Shown here piece by piece: positions 21,136 through 33,317 of a DNA stretch of 64,000 nucleotides; positions within the stretch are counted from its first letter, which is position 1, and every line of letters begins with the position of its first letter. Below the pieces are notes generated by a model. It was given only the letters and a program-made list of their open reading frames with translations. It made no database searches and had not been told where the DNA came from. The position numbers and the translations under genes were made by a program. Origin of the DNA: Thiomicrorhabdus sp. (GTDB lineage: Bacteria > Pseudomonadota > Gammaproteobacteria > Thiomicrospirales > Thiomicrospiraceae); the NCBI RefSeq assembly GCF_041583835.1, contig NZ_JBFHFC010000001.1:151524-215523 (forward strand), read 5' to 3'.

Positions 21136-22086
21136 ATGAATGAGTTACAGCAAGTCTTGCTGGTGTTTGCAGTGATTGTCATTGCGGTACTTTATTTTTT
21201 AAGTAAAAAACGACAAATTAAATCCAAAGATCAGGCTGAACAACAACCACAGCCCACGCCCGCCAATCAAGCAACCGAACAAACCATCAATCTGGATGCC
21301 GCGGAGCAAATCGCCGATAGCCGCGAATCTGAAAGCGTCCTGGATGCATTAAGCGAACAGCACGAAGCTCTGTCCCCGCAGACCGAGGCACGTTTACAAA
21401 TTCAAGAACCAGGCGTTCCTGAAAATCAAGCGCGTTTGCCGTTTGGGGATGAGTTTGAAGTCGAACCGACTCCACAGCCCCCTGAACCTACTCCCGAAGC
21501 CGACACAAATATCGAAACGAAAGGCCCTAAACATCACGTATTGGAAGTGGAAGAACTGTACACACTTGATGAAGTCGGCATGGCGCCCGATGTCGATAGC
21601 AAAGTAAACTTCGGCATCCCGAAAGAAAAGGAAGGGATTTCTCCCGGCATTTCAAAGGGCGAAAAAACCGAGCCGCAAATTTTTGCGCTTTTGGTATTGA
21701 GTACCGGCGGTTCAGGCCAAGAATTTAGTATGGATACCGTTAACCAAGCGCTGCTTGGTGTCGGCTTAAGTTACACTTCCGGCCAGATTTACGCGACAAC
21801 GGATAACAAAGGCAACGAAATCATTCGAGTAGCCAACATTCTCGAACCAGGTACTTTCCCGACCGAAAATTTACATAACTACACCACACCGGGATTGGCT
21901 TTGATCTTACAGCTTCCAACGACAAAGCGTGCACCGGCAGCCATGCATGACTTAATCATGATGGCACGTAAATTATCGCAGCGATTGAATGGACGCCTCT
22001 ACAATATGGAGCGCCACTTAATCAAAGAATCCGATCTTCAAGCCATGCGTGACGCAGCTGTAGAATACGAATCCGAACCGCTATAA
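21136..22086 (+). CDS. zipA: Cell division protein ZipA
   Basis: N-terminal TM helix, P/Q/E-rich linker and C-terminal FtsZ-binding-type domain. Conserved position upstream of ligA. Confidence 0.8.
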   Translation: MNELQQVLLVFAVIVIAVLYFLSKKRQIKSKDQAEQQPQPTPANQATEQTINLDAAEQIADSRESESVLDALSEQHEALSPQTEARLQIQEPGVPENQARLPFGDEFEVEPTPQPPEPTPEADTNIETKGPKHHVLEVEELYTLDEVGMAPDVDSKVNFGIPKEKEGISPGISKGEKTEPQIFALLVLSTGGSGQEFSMDTVNQALLGVGLSYTSGQIYATTDNKGNEIIRVANILEPGTFPTENLHNYTTPGLALILQLPTTKRAPAAMHDLIMMARKLSQRLNGRLYNMERHLIKESDLQAMRDAAVEYESEPL

Positions 22087-22091
22087 CTTAA

Positions 22092-24729
<2,638 letters not shown>

Positions 24730-24861
24730 AACCACTGTAAATCACTTTAAGGTCAGTCATTATTGATTTGTTAACCGCCTACAAACCGAATTAACAAAAC
24801 CACCCTAACAATATGATTTTTAATGCATTTAAAGCCGGACAGCCAGTTCGGCTTTGAATCT

Positions 24862-25743
24862 TTATCTTCGTCGCCAGACACCCTGAAAACGCCATTCAAA
24901 AATTACTAAGCCCAAAATCACCAAAGCCGTTCCAAACCATACCGTTGCATTTAATACCTCGTGATTCAGCCAATGGCCTAATAACAAAGCAAACACCGGA
25001 GTAATTACCGGAATCAATGCGACCTTGATCGCCTCAACATTTTTCAATAGATAGAAATACAATAAGAAACCACCGACCGATCCGATCGAAGCCGCATAAA
25101 TAATCGCGGAACTTTCACGAAGTCCGATATCAGGCCAATGAAACAAGGTTCCTGGCGCAATCAAAAACTGACCGACAACCGTCACCCATAAAGCGCCGAC
25201 AACCACATGAACGGCCGATAATTGATGATTAAGACGTTTGACTAGCACCGTGCCATAAGAATGGAAAACAACCGAAAGCATCGCCACTAAAATGGCGATA
25301 ACCTGCATTTGTACATATTGCTGTTTTAGGTTGGGAGTAAAGATAACCAGCAATCCGGCCAAGCTGATCAACACGCCCAACGATTTTTTCAACGTTAGAC
25401 GGCTATTCGGCAAACAGTAGTGCGCCATAATGCCGGTCACCACAGGAGTTAATGCAAATAAAATCGCAATCCAACCGGACGGCAGATATTGAGATGCCCA
25501 GTACATCGACGTCATACCGCCTAAAATAGGAATGCTCGCAGCCAGATAAACCTTGATATCCGGCCATGAAAATGAAAATCGCTGTTTTGACCACCACCAT
25601 AAGATTGGCAGAATTAATAGGGCGGCCAATGCAGTACGCGCCGCTACACCAAATAACCAATCGGTTTCGCCGCTCCATTTGATCGCAAGCGGCGTAGTGG
25701 TCCAAATTATGACGATAGAAATATAGGCAAGGATGATTTTCAT
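24862..25743 (-). CDS. EamA/DMT-family transporter
   Basis: 10-TM protein with two EamA-like halves. Confidence 0.8.
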   Translation of the reverse strand: MKIILAYISIVIIWTTTPLAIKWSGETDWLFGVAARTALAALLILPILWWWSKQRFSFSWPDIKVYLAASIPILGGMTSMYWASQYLPSGWIAILFALTPVVTGIMAHYCLPNSRLTLKKSLGVLISLAGLLVIFTPNLKQQYVQMQVIAILVAMLSVVFHSYGTVLVKRLNHQLSAVHVVVGALWVTVVGQFLIAPGTLFHWPDIGLRESSAIIYAASIGSVGGFLLYFYLLKNVEAIKVALIPVITPVFALLLGHWLNHEVLNATVWFGTALVILGLVIFEWRFQGVWRRR

Positions 25744-25808
25744 TAATCAACAACTACGAAAGCGACAATAAACATGTCTGAAAGGTGACCGGTTTTCACT
25801 GCAATCAA

Positions 25809-26324
25809 TTAACGGGATTCAAATAAACCGGCTGAGCGATTTTTTTGTACCTGATCGGCGCGGAATAAGTGGCCGTTCATACAGATAAAAACACCGGCTT
25901 GAGCGGTTTGCACCGCCATTAAAGCGGCGCCCAAGTTAAAGGCGGCATCGGATTTCCCAAGCTTGTAAGGACGCATGGCTCCGGTCAATACAATGGTCTT
26001 ATCCACCAAGTCCGGATTGGCCAGCAAGCAAAGAGCCGTCTCGACCATGGTATCGGTACCGTGGGTAATCACGATTTTAGCGCATGCAGAATCTTGACAG
26101 GCTTGACTGATTTTTTCGCGATCATTTTGATCCATCTGCAAACTGTCTTTTTGCATCAATACGTCCACCGTTATCGGCAGGGTACTGTTGGCTTCGGAGA
26201 GCAATTCGGGAATGTGGGTCGCAGGAAAGATCAATTCGCCTAGAACGGCATCATAATCTTTATCGATGGTGCCGCCGCTGATGAATAATTGAATCTCTTC
26301 TTTACCGGAAAAGATCGGGCTCAT
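25809..26324 (-). CDS. Single-domain asparaginase-fold protein (N-terminal domain only)
   Basis: ISGGTIDK and ITHGTDTM threonine motifs of the L-asparaginase family. At 171 aa, the C-terminal domain is absent. Confidence 0.7.
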   Translation of the reverse strand: MSPIFSGKEEIQLFISGGTIDKDYDAVLGELIFPATHIPELLSEANSTLPITVDVLMQKDSLQMDQNDREKISQACQDSACAKIVITHGTDTMVETALCLLANPDLVDKTIVLTGAMRPYKLGKSDAAFNLGAALMAVQTAQAGVFICMNGHLFRADQVQKNRSAGLFESR

Positions 26325-26782
26325 GGCTGTCTCAAAATCCCGGTAACGATACCTAAAATCTCGATTTCTTCGTTACGTAGAATGATCGGTTCCATATCCG
26401 GATTGGCAGGCTGCAAACGTACACCGCTTTTTTCGATATACAATTTTTTCATGGTCACTTCTTCATTATTGATTCGAACCACCACCGATTCGCCGTTTTC
26501 GGCATTGGAGCGACGTTCGATAATGACAATATCCCCGTCTTCGATATTCTCTTCGATCATCGAATTACCTTTGACGCGTAATGCAAAAGTCTCTTTCTTA
26601 ACCATTGCGGAAGGAACCGACACCGTATCGTAATCCAGTTCCATTTGAATCGGTTCACCGGCAGACGTCCACCCCAACAAAGGAATTTCCACAAAATCCT
26701 CTTCGACCAACTCCACAGGATCCGTCGGATGAAGATGCAGCTTTTGGTTACGCGTCGGAATCAAATAGGCTAGATTACTCAT
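26321..26782 (-). CDS. S24 (LexA/UmuD-type) self-cleaving peptidase domain protein without a DNA-binding domain
   Basis: IPLLGWTSAGEPI (Ala-Gly site), GNSM (Ser) and TMKKL (Lys). ATG at 26782 with a GAGGTG SD. The stop overlaps the next start (ATGA). Confidence 0.75.
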   Translation of the reverse strand: MSNLAYLIPTRNQKLHLHPTDPVELVEEDFVEIPLLGWTSAGEPIQMELDYDTVSVPSAMVKKETFALRVKGNSMIEENIEDGDIVIIERRSNAENGESVVVRINNEEVTMKKLYIEKSGVRLQPANPDMEPIILRNEEIEILGIVTGILRQP

Positions 26783-26810
26783 ACAGCACCTCAATTTTCA
26801 ATTGAAAGAA

Positions 26811-27110
26811 TTATGGTAAAACTTTTTTAAACGGCTTAACAATGACCTTCTCATAAACGCCGGCCTCTAAATAAGGATCGGCATTAGCCCATTGCTGCGC
26901 TTGTTCCAAAGAATCGAATTCAGCAACGATTAAACTGCCGCTAAATCCGGCTTCACCCGGATCATTATTATCTACAGCTGGGTTTGGGCCAGCCAAAATC
27001 AATTTACCCGCCTCATTTAAAGCCGTTAAACGGGCAATATGGGCAGGGCGGGCCTGTTGTCTCAAAGGCAGGCTATTTTCAACATCAAATGCATAAATCG
27101 AATAAAGCAT
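26811..27110 (-). CDS. yciI: YciI family protein
   Basis: 99 aa. RPAHIARL ... AGP ... [23 protein letters not shown] is typical of the family. Lies next to yciB. Confidence 0.8.
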   Translation of the reverse strand: MLYSIYAFDVENSLPLRQQARPAHIARLTALNEAGKLILAGPNPAVDNNDPGEAGFSGSLIVAEFDSLEQAQQWANADPYLEAGVYEKVIVKPFKKVLP

Positions 27111-27148
27111 GAAATATTTCCTTTTTATTCTGCGTAGCAGAGCTTTAC

Positions 27149-27781
27149 TTATCTCTTATTGTTACCGGAAACTTCGTCTTCCTTATCGACAGACGACATA
27201 TCGTGGGTGACTTCACCGCCATCCAGCAACTTATCGGCTTCGGCTTCGGAATCCGATTCTTGGATATAGCGACTGATATAAAGACCTTGCAACAAGATGA
27301 AGACAATGGTCATCCCCATCAAACCAAATAGCTTGAAGTCGACCCACGTATCGGTGTCGTAATTGAAAGCGACATATAAATTGACGATACCCGAAATCAA
27401 GAAGAAAACGACCCACATCAAACTCAGTCTTGTCCAGATCGCATCAGGCAAATGTATCGCCTGATCCATCATTCGGCGGATAATCGGTTTATTGCCGATA
27501 AAGTGACTGCCCAAAAACACCAGCGCAAAGCCCCAGTTGACGATCGTCGGCTTCCACTTAATAAAATCCTCGTCCTGAAGCGCCAGCGTGAGTCCACCCA
27601 ATACCAAAATCAATACCAGCGTGATCACATGCATTTTTTCAATGCGCTTATGTTTGAGGAACACATAACCGACTTGGAGAATGGTGGCGACAATGATCAC
27701 CGCCGTTGCGACATAGATGTCATACATCTTATACGCGATAAAAAAGAGAACGACGGGGAATAAATCGAATAGTAGTTTCAT
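27149..27781 (-). CDS. yciB: Intracellular septation protein A (YciB) with an acidic C-terminal extension
   Basis: [19 protein letters not shown]-terminus and 5 TM helices. About 35 extra acidic residues at the C-terminus compared with E. coli YciB. Confidence 0.85.
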   Translation of the reverse strand: MKLLFDLFPVVLFFIAYKMYDIYVATAVIIVATILQVGYVFLKHKRIEKMHVITLVLILVLGGLTLALQDEDFIKWKPTIVNWGFALVFLGSHFIGNKPIIRRMMDQAIHLPDAIWTRLSLMWVVFFLISGIVNLYVAFNYDTDTWVDFKLFGLMGMTIVFILLQGLYISRYIQESDSEAEADKLLDGGEVTHDMSSVDKEDEVSGNNKR

Positions 27782-27975
27782 GAATACTTTTATTTTATTT
27801 GTGTTAAGTTAATTCAGTCGATTGCTTAAACCGATTGCTGAACATATTATCGAACATAATTCGAAACGTTAATTATCCACGATTCTAGCCGCGTTTGGAG
27901 CAGATTAAAAGCAAAGACAAAAACATTCCTAAAATTTATTTTACAGTCGCAAAGAAAGTAGTCCTGAATCCCCTT

Positions 27976-28833
27976 ATGAAAGTCGATTTCCATTGTCACA
28001 CCACGGCCTCCGACGGCGCCCTTAAACCCCAACAGCTGATAGATCTTGCAGTTCAATACGATGTTGCCACTTTGGCAATCACCGATCATGACACCACGCA
28101 GGGTTACAGCGACGCTTTAGAATACGCTAGCCAAAAAAACATCCGGCTTATTAGTGGTGTCGAGGCTTCGTGTGACTGGCAAGGACACACTATCCATATC
28201 GTCGGTTTGGATTTCGATCACGATCACCCGACATTGCAGAACGGCTTACGAAACATCCGTCATTTACGACAACAACGTGCCGACGCGATGATCGAAAAAC
28301 TCTCATCCCGTCCCAATTTCAGCAAACTCGATCTGGCTGCATTATTAGCTGAGCAGGTACAGGACGGCGTAGTCGGAAGGGGACATTTCGCGCAACTCTT
28401 AATCCAACAGAATTACGTCAAAAATTCACAACAAGCCTTTGATAAGTATCTAAAAAAAGGACGCGTCGGTTACGTAAAAAGTGAATGGCCGGAACTGGTT
28501 GAAGTAGTGAATTGGATTAAACAGGCCAATGGTATTGCCGTCATCGCGCATCCGAGCATCTACAAGTTCACCAGCCGAAAATTAAACCGCCTCATAGAGG
28601 ATTTCATTGCCGCCGGAGGACGTGGGATTGAAGTCGTTAATCAACCTCGACCGTCTTCCGAAATCATCGGCATGGCTGAACGCGCCCAGCGCTACGAACT
28701 ATTGGCTTCCGTCGGCTCGGATTTTCATCGCCCCGAGCACAATTGGCGTGGCCTAGGATGGTTAGCGCCTTTGCCTGATCAATGCCGACCGGTTTGGGAA
28801 CATTTCAGAAATCCGCTAAAGACTCTATCCTAA
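27976..28833 (+). CDS. trpH: PHP-domain phosphoesterase TrpH/YciV (RNase AM-like)
   Basis: MKVDFHCHTTASDG start and AITDHD motifs. The ORF is open from 27895, but the ATG at 27976 fits homologues. Confidence 0.8.
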   Translation: MKVDFHCHTTASDGALKPQQLIDLAVQYDVATLAITDHDTTQGYSDALEYASQKNIRLISGVEASCDWQGHTIHIVGLDFDHDHPTLQNGLRNIRHLRQQRADAMIEKLSSRPNFSKLDLAALLAEQVQDGVVGRGHFAQLLIQQNYVKNSQQAFDKYLKKGRVGYVKSEWPELVEVVNWIKQANGIAVIAHPSIYKFTSRKLNRLIEDFIAAGGRGIEVVNQPRPSSEIIGMAERAQRYELLASVGSDFHRPEHNWRGLGWLAPLPDQCRPVWEHFRNPLKTLS

Positions 28834-28914
28834 CCCCCTTTTTTAAATCGACAGTCATTTTCACACCGGTTTACGCACGCACGTACTCAACAGTAAGTGC
28901 TATAATAGCGCTCA

Positions 28915-29616
28915 ATGATAATTGCGAAGCGGTGTTCAAAAGACGCTTCTTCCAAACTTAGTCAGCTTTTAACAACGAGTATAAACATTACCGTGCGCAA
29001 AGAGTGTCAATATATTTCCGTCCATCCCGACAACCCTCAACCTAGACTACTTCAACAAGTCGTTGAAATACTTGAAAAAGGTGGGGTTATCGCCTATCCG
29101 ACAGAATCCGGATATGCATTAGGCTGCCTACTTGATAATAGCGAGGGAGCGAAACGCATTCGTGCGATCCGTGGTGTAGGGGAAGATCACAACCTGACTT
29201 TGGTTTGCCGCGATTTAAGCAATCTGTCCGAATATGCAAAAGTCGGAAATACTCAATTCCGTTATTTAAAAAGCTACTTACCCGGACCTTACACCTTTAT
29301 CCTCCCGGCCAGCCGTGAAGTACCAAGGCGCCTGCAAAGCCCCAAAAGAAAAACCATCGGTCTTCGAGTCACCCCCAATACGGTAGCCAATGCACTGCTT
29401 TCTTATTTTGATAAGCCGCTATTAAGTTCTACCTTGATTAAAACCGGTGAGGAACATCCTATGACCGATGGCTGGACAATTCGCGAAGATTTCGGACATG
29501 CTTTAGATGCTGTTTTAGACGGTGGTTTCAGCGGTTTCGAACCCACCACCATTATCGATTTCACCGATGAAGAACCTATTCTGGTCCGCCAAGGACAAGG
29601 AGCTTTTGACGCATGA
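28915..29616 (+). CDS. yciO: YciO / Sua5-YrdC-domain protein (threonylcarbamoyl-AMP synthase family)
   Basis: HPDNPQPRLLQQVVEILEKGGVIAYPTESGYALGC closely matches the YciO N-terminus. The true start is probably the GTG at 28993. Confidence 0.8.
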   Translation: MIIAKRCSKDASSKLSQLLTTSINITVRKECQYISVHPDNPQPRLLQQVVEILEKGGVIAYPTESGYALGCLLDNSEGAKRIRAIRGVGEDHNLTLVCRDLSNLSEYAKVGNTQFRYLKSYLPGPYTFILPASREVPRRLQSPKRKTIGLRVTPNTVANALLSYFDKPLLSSTLIKTGEEHPMTDGWTIREDFGHALDAVLDGGFSGFEPTTIIDFTDEEPILVRQGQGAFDA

Positions 29617-30269
29617 ACGAACTCACCCTCATTCAAAAAATCGCCGTATGGGCCTTACCGGTTATTTTCGCAATTACGGTTCACGAAGTGGCGCATGGGT
29701 GGGCGGCTTCAAAATTCGGGGATCAATCTGCCCGTATGCTTGGGCGTTTAACACTTAATCCGATTAAGCATATCGATCCGATTGGTACGATCGTCGTCCC
29801 TTTAGCGTTACTAATGCTTGGCGGATTCATCTTCGGATGGGCTAAGCCGGTTCCGGTCAATGCGCGCAATTTCAAACGCCCTCGTCACGACATGGCTTGG
29901 GTTGCCATGGCAGGACCGTTCTCCAATCTAATCATGGCAATCCTATGGGCGATCGTCATCAAAATTGGCGTAACCATACAGAGCTCCGTGCCGGAAGTAG
30001 GTTTATTTTTAACCTATAGCGGCCTGGCGGGAGTCAGCATCAACCTTATTCTATTGGTGCTTAACTTATTACCCATTCCGCCTTTAGACGGCAGTCACGT
30101 CGTTTCCGCACTACTTTCTCCACGTTTGGCGTGGCAATACAACCGCATAGCGCCTTTCGGTTTTATCATTCTAATCGTATTGATGGTGATGGGGCTTTTG
30201 ACGCCGATATTGATTGGGCCGTATACCTTTATTCAGCAATTAATTTATAGCCTAGTGGGTCTCCACTAA
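29613..30269 (+). CDS. Site-2 protease (M50) family membrane metalloprotease
   Basis: HEVAHG zinc motif in TM1 and the LLPIPPLDG motif. ATGA overlap with yciO. Confidence 0.75.
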   Translation: MNELTLIQKIAVWALPVIFAITVHEVAHGWAASKFGDQSARMLGRLTLNPIKHIDPIGTIVVPLALLMLGGFIFGWAKPVPVNARNFKRPRHDMAWVAMAGPFSNLIMAILWAIVIKIGVTIQSSVPEVGLFLTYSGLAGVSINLILLVLNLLPIPPLDGSHVVSALLSPRLAWQYNRIAPFGFIILIVLMVMGLLTPILIGPYTFIQQLIYSLVGLH

Positions 30270-30298
30270 GTCATGATTTACTAATACAGAGTGTTGTT

Positions 30299-31180
30299 AT
30301 GAATCACACAACAGATGAAAAGTTACAAAAAATTCTAGCCAGAGCCGGATATGGTTCGAGACGTGCCATTGAAACCATGATTTCTCAGGGTAAGGTTAAA
30401 GTCAACGGACGAACGGCTCAACTAGGCGACAGAGCGACGGAAAAGGATCAAATTCAAGTCAACGATCAAGCCGTTAAAGCGACCCGTTTAGCCAAGCAAC
30501 CAACACAAGTCATCCTATACAATAAACCGGAAGGGCGCCTGTGTACCCGTAGCGACGAGAAGGGTCGTGATACCATCTTCACCCAACTGCCACGTATTTT
30601 TAACGGTCGCTGGATCAGTATCGGCCGTTTGGACTTGAATACCAGTGGCCTGTTGATTTTGACCAACAACGGTGAACTGGCCAATCGCCTGGCACATCCC
30701 TCTTTTGAAGTGGAGCGCGAATACTTAGTCAGAGTCTTCGGCGAAGTACCGGATTCAGTCATCAATCAGCTTAAGGCCGGCATCGTGCTGGATGACGGTC
30801 CGGCAAAATTTGAACAGATCAGTCGCTTTAAATCCGATGACGAATCGATGAACAACTGGTTCAGGGTCACCATCAAAGAAGGGCGCAACAGAGAAGTCCG
30901 TAGGATGTGGGAATCTCAAGGTGTTCAGGTCAGTCGCTTGCAACGCGTTCGCTACGGACAATTCCAACTGCCTAGAAACTTGCGTAAAGGAAAAACAGAA
31001 GCTTTGACATGGAAACAGGTCAACCAGCTATTAAAGAGCGTCGATCTGCCCGAAGAACCGCGCCCGGATCTGCGTCAAAATACAGCACCCGATAAAAAGA
31101 AGTTTGTTAAAAACTCCCGTTCCGCACAACGAGCGTTGATGGGCAAAAAACGCACGATTCACGACTTAAGCAAGTTATAA
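30299..31180 (+). CDS. rluB: 23S rRNA pseudouridine synthase RluB
   Basis: S4 domain (KLQKILARAGYGSRR), the catalytic GRLDLNTSGLL motif and a basic C-terminal tail. Confidence 0.9.
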   Translation: MNHTTDEKLQKILARAGYGSRRAIETMISQGKVKVNGRTAQLGDRATEKDQIQVNDQAVKATRLAKQPTQVILYNKPEGRLCTRSDEKGRDTIFTQLPRIFNGRWISIGRLDLNTSGLLILTNNGELANRLAHPSFEVEREYLVRVFGEVPDSVINQLKAGIVLDDGPAKFEQISRFKSDDESMNNWFRVTIKEGRNREVRRMWESQGVQVSRLQRVRYGQFQLPRNLRKGKTEALTWKQVNQLLKSVDLPEEPRPDLRQNTAPDKKKFVKNSRSAQRALMGKKRTIHDLSKL

Positions 31181-31212
31181 CGGCATTTTTGCCATATAGA
31201 TTCGCTTATAAC

Positions 31213-31256
31213 AAAAAAGCCGCGCAAGAAATTAACAATTCTTGCGCGGCTTTTTT
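31213..31256. terminator. Bidirectional rho-independent terminator
   Basis: A6 - gccgcgcaagaa / ttcttgcgcggc (12-bp stem) - T6, between convergent rluB and the 31317-31934 gene. Confidence 0.9.
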
Positions 31257-31316
31257 ACACGCTATAAACTCAGCAAAAATCTCAATCATAGGATTGAGCC
31301 TTTTACCATTCCCTCA

Positions 31317-31934
31317 CTAATCAGCCGACGCAGCTTTTTCCGCCGTCTTCGTCACTTCGATATCCTCCACCCAGAGAATTTCGTCCGCATTATCACCATG
31401 ATCCGAACGACTTAGGGACGTTTTCCAAAACCAACCGTCTTTACCTTGAACATTTACTAGCTTTCCGACCATATGGACAACCTCTCCGGTACGAACCGCT
31501 TTTATCTTCTCGGCAATGAATTCGTTAGAGGGAATCAAATGAACATTCGCGGTTTGAATCATTACATAATATTTAGAAATAGGGGGAACTTTGCTATACC
31601 AGTTGTACCATCTCACACTCTGATTAAAAGTAAATTTATTCACAATTTCCTGATCGGACATTGCTTTCCAACCTAATACAAAATCAACCGGTGACAATTT
31701 AGAAGCGCGATCTAAATAATACCTCTCCTGACTAAGCACCTTGGCTTCGATTTCAAAGTCGGCGACTGCAGTGATTTCATGGTTTTTGAAATTAAACGTA
31801 TCCGGATAAGCGAGATTCTGCTGTTGAGGTTCATTATATGCTTCTTCGCCTGGAGGCAACTCAACCGGAGGTACAGGTTTGAAGTAATCCCACGCAAAAT
31901 ATCCGAGAATGGCTAAAAGGATAATTTTTTTCAT
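31317..31934 (-). CDS. Membrane-anchored hypothetical protein
   Basis: N-terminal hydrophobic anchor MKKIILLAILGYFAW. No recognisable motif. Confidence 0.45.
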   Translation of the reverse strand: MKKIILLAILGYFAWDYFKPVPPVELPPGEEAYNEPQQQNLAYPDTFNFKNHEITAVADFEIEAKVLSQERYYLDRASKLSPVDFVLGWKAMSDQEIVNKFTFNQSVRWYNWYSKVPPISKYYVMIQTANVHLIPSNEFIAEKIKAVRTGEVVHMVGKLVNVQGKDGWFWKTSLSRSDHGDNADEILWVEDIEVTKTAEKAASAD

Positions 31935-32027
31935 AATTTCATTCTAATCATTACTGATTCGTTACTCATTAAGACATCATACTAAATTACCAAACGGACC
32001 ATGTATCTAAATTTCTTACTCACTTAA

Positions 32028-32459
32028 TCATCCCGCTGTAAAAACATGGAACGCACCAAGCAAAACGGCATATCTGACGCCTTTTCCTATAGAGACCAAC
32101 AAAACGAACAGGACAAAATTCACCCGCATGATACCGGCAATGAACGTCAACAAGTCTCCAAAAACCGGAGCCCATGCAAACAACAATGACCATACTCCAT
32201 AACGTTTAAACCAAACTTGGCTGGTCTCAAGTTTATTACCAGAGAAAGGGAACCATTTACGGTCTTGATAGTGTAAAAAATAACGTCCTAACGCATAATT
32301 CACCACCGATCCCAAGCTATTGCCCAAGGTGGCACACAACCACAACATAAAAGGATCGTAACCCGAAGCCAGCAAACCGGTCAGCATGACTTCGGAAGCA
32401 GCGGGAAGCAATGTCGCAGCAAGGAACGAAACGGCAAATAAACCTAAATAAGCTTCCAT
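32028..32459 (-). CDS. YqaA/DedA-related membrane protein (second copy)
   Basis: ATG at 32459 preceded by GGAG. The FLAATLLPAASEV and FAWAPVFGDLLTFIAG motifs resemble those of the 3923-4501 product. Confidence 0.7.
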   Translation of the reverse strand: MEAYLGLFAVSFLAATLLPAASEVMLTGLLASGYDPFMLWLCATLGNSLGSVVNYALGRYFLHYQDRKWFPFSGNKLETSQVWFKRYGVWSLLFAWAPVFGDLLTFIAGIMRVNFVLFVLLVSIGKGVRYAVLLGAFHVFTAG

Positions 32460-32593
32460 AAAACTCCAATTAATAGAATAATCCGAGTAGTTCTTCAAAC
32501 AAAACACCAACGACATCCGGACATCGCCTGGTATTAAACAATGAAAATTATCGATCTGTTTGATTTACCACTTAATTTGATTAGAATGGTGGT

Positions 32594-33133
32594 ATGGGCA
32601 ATTTGACCTCAAACCACTCCAACAACCTATATAACTTGAATCCCGAACCTATGCGACACCTGGCGGTATACACCGACGGCGGCTATGTCGCGAAACAAGA
32701 TATCGGCGGTTGGGGTGTCGTCATTATCGATCAAAACAATCAACATCAACGATTCTCGGGCTGGCAACGCCACACCTCAAGTTTAGAAATGGAACTACAA
32801 GCCGCCGTGCATGCGCTTGAGCACATCCGCGAATCGTCACAAAACGACATTCCGATCCAACTGTTTACCGACTCTAAAATCCTAATCGAAGGATTGGATT
32901 ACAAAATCCGCCAATACCGGCAGCAAAAGTGGATTCATAAATCCGGTCGTCCGGTTGAATCCCGTTCGCTATGGGAGCGCTTGGAGCATCTGACGAATAC
33001 TCTAAAGGTCACCGTTAAATGGGTCAAAGGCCATAAAAACACACCCGGCAACCTTATCGCAGACCAACTCGCCAGAGAAGCGATCAACGGATTCCACTCG
33101 GTCAATAGTGAGGCGGAGGCACTTCTTGGGTAG
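32594..33133 (+). CDS. rnhA: Ribonuclease HI
   Basis: VYTDGG, LEMELQA, LFTDS, VKGHKNTPGN and ADQLA active-site blocks. An alternative start lies at 32651. Confidence 0.8.
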   Translation: MGNLTSNHSNNLYNLNPEPMRHLAVYTDGGYVAKQDIGGWGVVIIDQNNQHQRFSGWQRHTSSLEMELQAAVHALEHIRESSQNDIPIQLFTDSKILIEGLDYKIRQYRQQKWIHKSGRPVESRSLWERLEHLTNTLKVTVKWVKGHKNTPGNLIADQLAREAINGFHSVNSEAEALLG

Positions 33134-33317
33134 GGTCTTTGATTCCTTCTTCACGCAACGTCTTTAAATATTCGGACAGTAAACGCAACTGAGTTTGCAG
33201 CGTCTGAATTTCTTGATGTTGTTGCGCAACCGTCTTTTGCAACGCCTCAATCACATCGTCCTGAAAAGCTTGGGTGATTTCTATGGCGTGTAATCTTTCT
33301 TGTAATTCAGAACTCAT
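33102..33317 (-). CDS. slyX: SlyX family protein
   Basis: 71-aa coiled coil. ERLHAIEITQAFQDDVIEALQKTVAQQ is typical of SlyX. Confidence 0.75.
   Translation of the reverse strand: MSSELQERLHAIEITQAFQDDVIEALQKTVAQQHQEIQTLQTQLRLLSEYLKTLREEGIKDPTQEVPPPHY

Noticed and set aside
25403-25753. 116-aa ORF overlapping the 5' part of the EamA transporter gene in another frame on the same strand.
   Set aside because: The EamA frame gives a coherent 10-TM protein and the alternative frame has no membrane or domain logic.
26289-26633. 114-aa plus-strand ORF across the S24/asparaginase junction.
   Set aside because: It is antisense to two genes with clear catalytic motifs, and it has no SD or recognisable domain.
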